DNA of 64,000 nt from the NCBI GenBank assembly GCA_947501605.1, contig CANMWZ010000004.1, positions 64,001 to 128,000 of the forward strand. The letters run 5' to 3'. Below, one piece after another: positions 30,668 through 38,651 of this stretch. The notes under the pieces are model-generated. The model did not search any database. It saw only the letters and a program-made list of their open reading frames with translations, and was not told the DNA's origin. The stretch is from Planctomycetota bacterium (lineage in GTDB: Bacteria > Planctomycetota > UBA1135 > UBA2386). Each line of letters begins with the position of its first letter. Position 1 is the stretch's first letter. The position numbers and the translations under genes were made by a program.

Positions 30668-31543
30668 TCAGTCGTTGCGCGGCGTGCGTGGGCGTGTGTT
30701 CCGTTCGCCGGTGCTCTCGGTTTCGAGTTGCTGCAGCACTCGGTCGATCTCGGCGCGCAGTTGTGCCACCTCCCGGCGTTGCTCCCGGACCTTCGCCAGG
30801 ATCTGGGCCCGGGCGGCCGCGTCGGCGCGAACTTCGGCCAGGGCGGTGTCACGTTCGCCTTCGGCATCGGCGGCGCGCGCCTCTGTTGCGACGCGCTGGC
30901 TTTCGAAATCGCGTCGGAGTGCGTCGGTGGCATTCGCATGTAACGTCCGCTGCTCGGACAACTGCTGCTCGAGCTTCGCCATGCGCGCCGTTGCGTCCTT
31001 CAGCGTTTCGGCTGTCCGCGCCTCCGCTGCAGTCAATGCGAGCCGCGCATCGTCGCGCTCCTTTTCAGCGGTGGACGCCTGCGTCTGTAGCGTCGTGCGC
31101 ATCGTGTCGAGCTGTTGCTGTAGCACTACCAACGAGCGCGCGTTGGCCGATCGCTGATCCTCCAGCTGCTGTTCCAACCGTGTGAGACGTTCGGCGTCGC
31201 GGCTCTTCTGCTGCGCGTTGGCGGCCCGCTCCGCCGCGAGCTCCAGCTTCGCTTGTTCCGCTGCGACCGTCGCCGCCGCGGCGGTGTTCTGCAAGGTCTG
31301 CTCCTTCTCGGCGCTCGCTTGCTGAGCCGCCTTGCGCGCCAACTGCAGTTCGCGGACGGTCGCATCGACCCGCTGCAGACTTTGTTCGAGACGAGCCGCA
31401 GAGTTGGCGATCGCATCCAGAGGCTTGGTGACAGCCGGCGGCTGCCCGATGGTCTCGACGACGGCATTTTGCGCTGCGACCGGTGCGAGCGAGGTCAAGC
31501 TGAGGACGGAGGCGGCGATGGTGACGGCGCGGTGCAGATCCAT
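30668..31543 (-). CDS. Exported coiled-coil protein of unknown function
   Basis: Signal-peptide-like N-terminus ending VAA/Q, an A/E/Q/R-rich heptad body and an internal repeat. Confidence 0.75.
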   Translation of the reverse strand: MDLHRAVTIAASVLSLTSLAPVAAQNAVVETIGQPPAVTKPLDAIANSAARLEQSLQRVDATVRELQLARKAAQQASAEKEQTLQNTAAAATVAAEQAKLELAAERAANAQQKSRDAERLTRLEQQLEDQRSANARSLVVLQQQLDTMRTTLQTQASTAEKERDDARLALTAAEARTAETLKDATARMAKLEQQLSEQRTLHANATDALRRDFESQRVATEARAADAEGERDTALAEVRADAAARAQILAKVREQRREVAQLRAEIDRVLQQLETESTGERNTRPRTPRND

Positions 31544-31627
31544 GAGAGGCCGCGGATCCTACCGCGCGGCCGGCGTCGCGGGCCTTGTCGTTGCCTCGCC
31601 GGCTTCTGCAGTCCAGAATGACCCGCC

Positions 31628-32521
31628 ATGTCGCTGCAGCGCTACGTCGGTGCCGCCTGGGCCTCGGTGCACGGCCCCACCGATCCCGTCCGCTTGTTGC
31701 GTTGGCTGTGCGAGGCCAAGTTCCATGGCTTGGTGCCCTCGCCGTCGCCGCGTCCGATTGCCTATGCAGCGATGGCGGATGCGGCAACCGACTACCCGAT
31801 CGACTTCCCTGCCGTCCGCTGCAGTTCGATCCTCGCAGAACGGCCGACCACTGCCGGTCTTGCCTCGGCCAGGGAGGGCGATCTCCGCCTCGCCAAGCAG
31901 GCAGCGCAGCAAGGTGTCGCGCTTGCCGCCTCGGTGGCAACCCGGTGTGTCATCCTCGAGCCAGGTCTGGTCCCGGTAATGGGGGAGATCGAGCGCGAAG
32001 ACCTCGGGGATCCATCGTACGACTGGACCAAGGAACGAGTCGAGGCCTTGGTCGCACGGCGCAAGGTCAGCCTGCCGCCGGCGCTCGATCGAGTCTGCCG
32101 TGCTGTTTTCGAGCTGGCTCGGGCGAACCCGGACTTCACCTTCTGCTTGACGCAGAGCCGCAGCGTGCTGGCGGTCGCAAGTGTCGAGGCGCTGCAGATG
32201 GTGTTCGAGGATCTCGGCGGCGTGCGCCTTGGTTACTGGCACGACGCGGCGATCGCGGCGCGCCGGGAACAGGTTCTTGGCGAGCCACAAGGTGCCTGGC
32301 TCGAGGCCTTCGCGGATCGCTGTGTCGGCTGCAGCCTCGGCGATGCGCGGCAAGAGGGTCTCTACCTGCCGCCAGGTTCCGGCGCTGTCGATTATCCTCT
32401 GCTTGCGTCCTATCTGAAGCCGGCCGGCAGAAGTGCAGTTGCTTGCCTGGAGCTCGATCCATCGGTGGCATCGGGCGAGTTGCCAGGGATGCGCGCCTGC
32501 CTCGACAAGTTCGGCCTGTAG
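31628..32521 (+). CDS. TIM-barrel protein (sugar-phosphate isomerase/AP endonuclease family 2-like, divergent)
   Basis: LGYWHD, PGSGAVDY and CLEL motifs typical of xylose-isomerase-like barrels. Confidence 0.65.
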   Translation: MSLQRYVGAAWASVHGPTDPVRLLRWLCEAKFHGLVPSPSPRPIAYAAMADAATDYPIDFPAVRCSSILAERPTTAGLASAREGDLRLAKQAAQQGVALAASVATRCVILEPGLVPVMGEIEREDLGDPSYDWTKERVEALVARRKVSLPPALDRVCRAVFELARANPDFTFCLTQSRSVLAVASVEALQMVFEDLGGVRLGYWHDAAIAARREQVLGEPQGAWLEAFADRCVGCSLGDARQEGLYLPPGSGAVDYPLLASYLKPAGRSAVACLELDPSVASGELPGMRACLDKFGL

Positions 32522-32555
32522 GATTGCCCCTCCGTTGGTCGATCCCACAACACCC

Positions 32556-33620
32556 ATGACTCCGCAAGCTGCAGAACACCGGGCCACGCAACTCCCCGGC
32601 CGCACCGAGGCCCTGCTCGCGTTGCTGCGCGGCAAGAAGCGGATGCTCGTGCTGACGCACAACAACCCCGACCCTGACTCTCTTGGCAGCAGTCTAGGGC
32701 TGCGCTATTTCGCGAACCTCGCCTGCCAAGTCGAGAGCGATTTCGCCCTGAGCGGCCGGATCTTGCGCGCGGAGAATCAGGAGATGGTGGCGCAGCTCGG
32801 GATCGTTATGACGCCACTCGAACGGATTCGACCGGGTGACTACGACTGCGTCGCGTTGGTCGATACCCAGCCGGGCTTCGGCCACACGATCGTGCCGCCA
32901 GGCTGCTCCGTCGACATCGTGATCGATCACCACCTTGGCGACGACCCGACCAAGATCGGCAACGAGCCGTTCCGCGACGTGCGCTGCGATGTCGGCGCCA
33001 CGAGTTCCTTGGTCTCGACCTACTTCCGCGAGGCCGGTTTCGTGCCGAGCTGCGAAGTGGCAACCGCGCTGGCCTACGGCATCAAGACTGACACCGCGGA
33101 CTTGTCGCGCAACGTCAGCGAACTCGACCTCCGCGCCTACGATTTCTTGTTCCCCTACGTCGATCGCCAGAAGCTCGTCGCGATCACGCGCCCGCAGTTG
33201 CCCGCGGCCTACTTCCAGACCCTGAAGGAAGCCCTGCACAAGGTGCGCCGCTACCAGCACGTCGCATTGTGCTCGCTGGGCCAGATCGGCAGCGTCGAGA
33301 TGGTCGCCGAGGTAGCGGACCTCTTGCTGCGCATGGAGGGCATCCGAGCGGTGTTCTGCGGTGGCCTTGTCGACTGCAGCTACTACGTCTCGGTCCGCAC
33401 AGAAATGAATGGTGACGCGTGGAAGCTGATCGCTGACGCGATGAAGGGCGAGAAGGGCACGTTTGGCGGCCATGGGTCGGTCGCCGGCGGCTCGATCCTG
33501 TTGCCCTGTGGCGACACCCGTACCCTGCGCCGTTTGGAGCGCCGCCTCGAACGCAACATCCTGCGGAGCGTCGGGGTCGAGGGTGCGAACGCGACGGGCC
33601 TCGGCGACATCGACGAGTGA
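32556..33620 (+). CDS. DHH family phosphoesterase (NrnA-like)
   Basis: THNNPDPDSLGS, LVDTQP, IDHH, GIKTDT and GGHGSVAGG motifs. Confidence 0.9.
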   Translation: MTPQAAEHRATQLPGRTEALLALLRGKKRMLVLTHNNPDPDSLGSSLGLRYFANLACQVESDFALSGRILRAENQEMVAQLGIVMTPLERIRPGDYDCVALVDTQPGFGHTIVPPGCSVDIVIDHHLGDDPTKIGNEPFRDVRCDVGATSSLVSTYFREAGFVPSCEVATALAYGIKTDTADLSRNVSELDLRAYDFLFPYVDRQKLVAITRPQLPAAYFQTLKEALHKVRRYQHVALCSLGQIGSVEMVAEVADLLLRMEGIRAVFCGGLVDCSYYVSVRTEMNGDAWKLIADAMKGEKGTFGGHGSVAGGSILLPCGDTRTLRRLERRLERNILRSVGVEGANATGLGDIDE

Positions 33621-33658
33621 GTTTGCACTGCCGAAGGTTCGCGTAAGCTCTTCGCCCT

Positions 33659-34444
33659 GTGACTCCTCGCGTCGTCGTGATCGGCGGACTCGATCCGTGC
33701 GGCGGAGCCGGCATCTCGGCTGATGCGCGCACACTGCTCGCGCACGGATGCGAGGCGCTGCCGGTGGCTGCCGTCATTGCGGTCCAGAACCGCTTCGGGA
33801 TGCAGCGCGTCGAGGTGCTCGAGGAAGCTCTGGTGCTCGCCCAACTGCGCGCCGCGCTCGATGATGGTGGCATCGCGGCGGTGAAGACTGGCTTGCTAGG
33901 CTCGGCCTCCATGGTGCGCGCTGTGGCCCAATGGCTGCAGCGGTTTGCACCACCGGTCCCGGTGGTCGTCGATCCAGTGCTGTCCGCCACCGCGGGTGGC
34001 TATGCGTGCGCCGCCCAGGTTGCAGAGGCCTATCGCGAAACGCTGGCGCCACTCGCCGCGATGTTCACGCCCAACGAGCCCGAGCTCGTTGCCGTGCTCG
34101 CGGGCTCGCCGGTGCTCGCGCTGTTGGACGCTGGTTGCGCTGCCGTCCTGCACAAGGGTGGTCATGGGCCTGGCGACGTGCTCGTGGATCGGCTGTTGCG
34201 GTGCGGGGGTGAGCAGCAGTTTGCCCATCGGCGGATCGCAGTCGGGCCGGTGCACGGGACCGGCTGTGCGTTGGCGAGCGCGATCGCGGCACACCTGGCG
34301 CATGGGCGTCCTCTGGCGATGGCTGCCGAACGTGCAGTCGCTTGGCTGCAGCGGTGCCTTGCCACCCTGTCGCCGCTCGAGAATGCGTCGAGCGTGGGCT
34401 CGCTGCCGCGACCGCTGCCGATCCTCCACGCCGACGCGAGCTAG
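33659..34444 (+). CDS. thiD: Hydroxymethylpyrimidine/phosphomethylpyrimidine kinase
   Basis: GGLDPCGGAGISAD, AVKTGLL, VVDPVL, TPNEPE, KGGH and HGTGC motifs. Confidence 0.9.
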   Translation: MTPRVVVIGGLDPCGGAGISADARTLLAHGCEALPVAAVIAVQNRFGMQRVEVLEEALVLAQLRAALDDGGIAAVKTGLLGSASMVRAVAQWLQRFAPPVPVVVDPVLSATAGGYACAAQVAEAYRETLAPLAAMFTPNEPELVAVLAGSPVLALLDAGCAAVLHKGGHGPGDVLVDRLLRCGGEQQFAHRRIAVGPVHGTGCALASAIAAHLAHGRPLAMAAERAVAWLQRCLATLSPLENASSVGSLPRPLPILHADAS

Positions 34445-34516
34445 TGGGGCGACGTCCAGGTTCGCAGTCCACGTTGTCACACCGGCACTCCGTGGGCGTC
34501 GTAGCCGCGGGGTGGG

Positions 34517-36307
34517 CTACGACGCGAACATCGCCGCCATGATGGCCGCGTAGCGTTCGTGGACGACATGGCGCCGGATCTTCAAAGTCGGCGTCAAGAA
34601 CCCGTTCTCGACGGTCAAGGGCTCGACCAGCACGCGGAACGCGCCGACGCGGTCGCAGGGGCGGAAGCCGTTGTCGCGCGTGATCAGACGCTCGATTTCC
34701 TTGCGCATCAGGTCCTGGATCGCTCGGCCGGTCAGGAGCCCGTGGCTCTCGTCCCAGGAGTTGCGCGGCACCCTTTGCTCGAGCACTTCCATCGATGGGA
34801 CGATCAGGGCGCCGATGCTCTTTTGGTCTTGGCCGACGCAAACGACTTGCTCGATGAGCGGCGAGGTCTTGAGCACGGTTTCAACCGGCTCCGGTTCGAC
34901 GTTCTCGCCGCTGGCCAAGACGATGGTGTCCTTGGCGCGGCCTGTGATCCACACGCGGCCTCGCGTGTCGACATGACCGAGGTCGCCGCTGTTGAACCAG
35001 CCCTTTGAGTCGAGCACTTCTGCCGTCTTCTGCGGGTTCTGGTAGTAGCCGCGCATGACTTGCGGGCCGCGGATCCACAACAAGCCCGTCTCGCCTGGCG
35101 GCATCACACGTCCCTCGGTGCTGCGTGCCACGATTTCGGTCCCTGGGAGCGGCGGGCCGATCGTGCCGGCGCAGTTCTGTTGCGGTAGACGAACCGAAGC
35201 AACGGGACTGGTCTCGGTCAGGCCATAGCCGTTCAGCAGTGGTAGACCGATGCCCAGCAGGGTCTCGTCGACGTGGCGCGGTAGCGAGCCGCCGCCACTC
35301 ACGGCGAGGCGCAGGCGGCCGCCGGTGATCGCGAGCAGTCGCTTGCGTACCGAACCGAGCGCCAGCATCTGCAGATTGCCCAGCAGGGTGGCCCGCCCAC
35401 CGCCATTCTCGCGGCACAGCGTCAAGGTGCGTCGCAGCATCTTGCCGCGCAGGCCATCCATCTTGAGCGCGTAGGCGATCAGGCTGTCATGAATCGTCTC
35501 CCAGATGCGGGGCACGGCAGCGAAGACCGTTGGGGCGACCTGCAGCAGGTCCTCCTTGATGTGGCGGCGATCGGTGTAGACCAGTTGGCCACCGGCCGCG
35601 AGCGCCAGGTAGTCCATGATGCGCTCGTACATGTGCCACGCTGGCAGCACGGACAAGAACGAGTCCTGCGCACTGATGTCGAGTACCTCGGTGATGGCCT
35701 GCACGTTCGCGAGAACGTTGCTGTGCGTCAGCATCACTCCCTTGGGGTCTGCAGTCGTTCCGCTCGTGTACACGATGGTCAGCAAGTCGTCGGGGCGGAC
35801 CGCGCGTGCCGCATTGCGCACGAGATCGGGTGTGGCTTGGAGTCGGCGCCGACCCTGTTCCATCAGGTCGTGCAGACTGGTCACTCCCGGAATCGCTGTC
35901 GCTTGAGACATCGCGATCACGTGCTGCAGACCTGGCAATTGTGCACGCTTCTGCATCACGATCTGCGCCAGTCGATCGTCGTCGGTGAACACCGCGCGCG
36001 AACCAGAGTGACGCAGGATGAACTCGATCTCGGTTGGTGTCGTGTCGCTGCCGCGCGGGACGTCGACACCGCCGAACCAAATGGTGCCGAGGTCGGCGAG
36101 CAACCACTCGTAGCGGTTGTCCGCAAGGATCCCGATCCGGTCACCGCGCTGGAGGCCAAGGTTCAACAGGCCAGCGGCTACCAGCTCCGAGTCCTGCAGC
36201 AGGCGCCGGAAGGTGACCGGCTCCACCACTCGCGCCCGGCGGCGCGGAAGGAAGACCCGCTCCCCATGGGCGCGGACATGCCGGTCCAGCAACTCTGGAA
36301 AGGTCAT
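34517..36307 (-). CDS. Long-chain fatty acid-CoA ligase (AMP-binding)
   Basis: YTSGTTADPKGVMLTH, LPAWHMYER, SGGGSL, GYGLTET, FNSGDLG and ITGRAKD motifs. The start could extend to GTG 36388. Confidence 0.93.
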   Translation of the reverse strand: MTFPELLDRHVRAHGERVFLPRRRARVVEPVTFRRLLQDSELVAAGLLNLGLQRGDRIGILADNRYEWLLADLGTIWFGGVDVPRGSDTTPTEIEFILRHSGSRAVFTDDDRLAQIVMQKRAQLPGLQHVIAMSQATAIPGVTSLHDLMEQGRRRLQATPDLVRNAARAVRPDDLLTIVYTSGTTADPKGVMLTHSNVLANVQAITEVLDISAQDSFLSVLPAWHMYERIMDYLALAAGGQLVYTDRRHIKEDLLQVAPTVFAAVPRIWETIHDSLIAYALKMDGLRGKMLRRTLTLCRENGGGRATLLGNLQMLALGSVRKRLLAITGGRLRLAVSGGGSLPRHVDETLLGIGLPLLNGYGLTETSPVASVRLPQQNCAGTIGPPLPGTEIVARSTEGRVMPPGETGLLWIRGPQVMRGYYQNPQKTAEVLDSKGWFNSGDLGHVDTRGRVWITGRAKDTIVLASGENVEPEPVETVLKTSPLIEQVVCVGQDQKSIGALIVPSMEVLEQRVPRNSWDESHGLLTGRAIQDLMRKEIERLITRDNGFRPCDRVGAFRVLVEPLTVENGFLTPTLKIRRHVVHERYAAIMAAMFAS

Positions 36308-36544
36308 CGCACCGCCCGTGTTGAGGCGGGTTGGTGTGGAGGGGGGGGGGACCCCCGAATCTCGTTCGTGTGCGCTCTTGACTTCCACGGCTTAGGTTTC
36401 TACAGATGTCCGCCCTTGACCGCGGGGTCAACGGTGCGAGACCGAAAAGCGCACGGTTCCTGCGGTTCTGATCCTTGTCAGTTCGCTGCGAGTCCCCAGA
36501 TCTTCGAGATCCGTTCTTGGCGATCCGTGAGGGCTCACCTCGGT

Positions 36545-36619
36545 GCGGGTGTAGCTCAGTGGTAGAGCGTCACGTTGCCAACGTGAATGTCGAGAGTTCG
36601 AATCTCTTCACCCGCTCCA
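36545..36619 (+). tRNA. tRNA-Gly(GCC)
   Basis: GCGGGTG/CACCCGC acceptor stem, TAGCTCAGTGGTAGAGC D-arm, TCACG-TTGCCAA-CGTGA anticodon arm, GTTCGAAT and an encoded CCA. Confidence 0.97.
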
Positions 36620-36651
36620 GTTTCTCGCCGTAGGCGAGAAACTGGGGGTTT
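36617..36651 (+). terminator. Strong hairpin immediately 3' of tRNA-Gly (possible terminator or processing signal)
   Basis: Perfect 13-bp stem CCAGTTTCTCGCC-GTA-GGCGAGAAACTGG followed by GGGTTT; the U-tract is weak. Confidence 0.45.
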
Positions 36652-36763
36652 CCGGCGAAAGCTAGGGCACCGACGGGGCGGCGAGGGGAGCCATCCGGCC
36701 CATACGCTTTCGCCGAGGGCGCGCTGCGCGCGCGGGACGAACGAACGCAGCCGGCGGAGGCCC

Positions 36764-36826
36764 GGCGCGGCGCTTTGCGCGCGCAGAGAGGCGGCAGAGA
36801 GGCGGAGGCGCGGCGCTTTGCGCGCG
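36764..36826. repeat. 20-bp direct repeat flanking an 11-bp tandem repeat
   Basis: GGCGCGGCGCTTTGCGCGCG at 36764-36783 and 36807-36826, with CAGAGAGGCGG twice between them (36784-36805). Confidence 0.85.
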
Positions 36827-36970
36827 AGGAACGGCGGGGCGGGTCTGAGGTGGCGGACGAACTCGGGGGGTGGGATGGGAGTTGGCCTTTTCTGGGACTG
36901 ACTGGGTCCGCGGATCGGGCCCTTGGGTCGAGGCTCGATCCACGCTCGGGCGGTGCTAGGCTGACCGCGG

Positions 36971-37047
36971 GCGCCCGTAGCTCAGCTGGATAGAGCACCG
37001 CTTTCCTAAAGCGGGGGTCACAGGTTCGACTCCTGTCGGGCGTACCA
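36971..37047 (+). tRNA. tRNA-Arg(CCT)
   Basis: GCGCCCG/CGGGCGT acceptor stem, TAGCTCAGCTGGATAGAGC D-arm, CCGCT-TTCCTAA-AGCGG anticodon arm, GTTCGACT and CCA. Confidence 0.97.
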
Positions 37048-37122
37048 ACTTCGCTGCAGCGCGTGAGCGCGAGACGGGTGGTGCCGAGCAGTGGGGGCGT
37101 CGCGCTATGCTGCAGCGTCTCG

Positions 37123-38586
37123 ATGGTGCACCACACCCGGGTGCTGCGCGCGTGGCGAGACCGTTGCCATGCATTGGCGTCGCTCGGCGACACGAACCAG
37201 CTACGCGGTGCCGCTGCCGCCATGCGCTGCGCGCGTACGCTGCGCATCTTGCGCGAACTGGACGGGATCGCGTTCGAGAGTCTGCTCGAAGTAGGCGGTG
37301 GCGACGGCCGTCTCTCGCACCTGATCCGTTCGCTGTTCGGCGTGCGGGCCGTGTCGACGGACTTGTCGCTGGAGGCCTGCCTTCGTGCGCGCGAACGATT
37401 TGGGGTTGCGGCGGCCGCGGTGCAGGCTTCGAGCCTTCCATGCGTCGACAACGCGTTTGACGCTGTCGTCTGCAACGGGATCGAAGGCGAGCGGTATCCA
37501 GTCGAGGCGATGCTCGAACTGCAGCGCGTGGCGGCGCGCGCTGTGATCCTCGTGACCGAGGCCGTCACCGGGGATCTGACGGATCTGACTGCCGAGTTGT
37601 TCGTGCGCCCAGGTTGGCCACAGCTGCAGCGAAACCGATTCCTCGGCGTGGACTTTCTCGCGGCGTTTCCAAGGGCGCGGCTGTTGCCGATCCTGGATGT
37701 CGAAGGCGCCAAGGAACCCGAGCCCGCCCTGCTTCGCGACTGGTTGATCGCAAACACGCGCCACGTGTCCTTCGAGCAGGGTGGCTCGGGACTGGCGGTG
37801 ATCTCAGTGCGCGATGGGTTCGCACGAACTCGGAGGCTCGACGATTCGCGGCTGGTGGACTGTCTGCTCGAGAGTTCGGCGGTCCCGGTTGCTCGATCGC
37901 CACACCCTCCGTTGGCTGCCGACTTCGCGCACCTCTTGCGATCGCCGTACGGCGGCGGCTGTCTCGAACTGCGCGACGGTGTGTTCACGGATGGCGACGG
38001 CCGCGATTGGGTGGTTCGCGACGGCGTTCCCGACTTCTTCGATCCGGACGCACCTGCCTTATCGCGCGAGCGCTTCGCGCAACGCACGCAAGCGATGGCT
38101 CGGAGTCGCCGCGCTGCGCTCTTGGAGGTGCGCGATCGGCTCGATCTGCACGAACCCGTTGGTGTGGCGGACTTCGATTTCCGTCAGGTCGAGTCACGGC
38201 GCGGCTTCTGGCCCAACGAACAACTCGAACCCCGCTGTTCGTTCGATGGCATCGGCTTCAGTTGGCGGTCCACCGCAGAAGATCCGTGGCTAGCAACTCC
38301 GCGGTTGCATCGCCGGATCACGGCGATCGAACTGGAGCTGCGGGTCTTCGCCCCGGGGGTCGCATGCGAGGCTGGCGAGGGTCAGGTGTTCTGGCTCGGT
38401 TGTGGCGACTTCGAGTTCGCCGAGGAACGCAGCGTTCGGTTCTCGTTGCGCAACGACGGCGAGTTTCATGTCTATCGCGTCGTCTTGGCGGCCATCCCTG
38501 CCCTGCCAGAACTGGTCGAATGGCTGCGGCTCGACCTCGCCAATGGCCCCGCCGAGATCGATCTGCGCGCGTTGCGCTTGCGCTGA
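37123..38586 (+). CDS. Class I SAM-dependent methyltransferase with additional C-terminal domains
   Basis: LLEVGGGDG, TDLS and LPCVDNAFDAVVC motifs, a Trm112-like segment and a beta-rich C-terminus. The start is uncertain. Confidence 0.7.
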   Translation: MVHHTRVLRAWRDRCHALASLGDTNQLRGAAAAMRCARTLRILRELDGIAFESLLEVGGGDGRLSHLIRSLFGVRAVSTDLSLEACLRARERFGVAAAAVQASSLPCVDNAFDAVVCNGIEGERYPVEAMLELQRVAARAVILVTEAVTGDLTDLTAELFVRPGWPQLQRNRFLGVDFLAAFPRARLLPILDVEGAKEPEPALLRDWLIANTRHVSFEQGGSGLAVISVRDGFARTRRLDDSRLVDCLLESSAVPVARSPHPPLAADFAHLLRSPYGGGCLELRDGVFTDGDGRDWVVRDGVPDFFDPDAPALSRERFAQRTQAMARSRRAALLEVRDRLDLHEPVGVADFDFRQVESRRGFWPNEQLEPRCSFDGIGFSWRSTAEDPWLATPRLHRRITAIELELRVFAPGVACEAGEGQVFWLGCGDFEFAEERSVRFSLRNDGEFHVYRVVLAAIPALPELVEWLRLDLANGPAEIDLRALRLR

Positions 38587-38651
38587 TGGAGCGAGCGTTC
38601 GCTATCGATGGCGGCCGGGGTTAGCTTCGCACGACACCCTAGAATCCACCG

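Noticed and set aside
36416..36431. FNR/CRP box
   Set aside because: The half-sites and spacing (TTGAC-N6-GTCAA) do not fit TTGAT-N4-ATCAA.
36764..36826. Possible mini-CRISPR (two 20-bp repeats with a 23-bp spacer)
   Set aside because: There are only two short copies, the spacer is itself a tandem repeat, and no cas genes or leader are present.
36545..38586. Genomic island integrated at a tRNA
   Set aside because: No integrase and no duplicated tRNA 3' end were found in the window, and the downstream genes look host-like.
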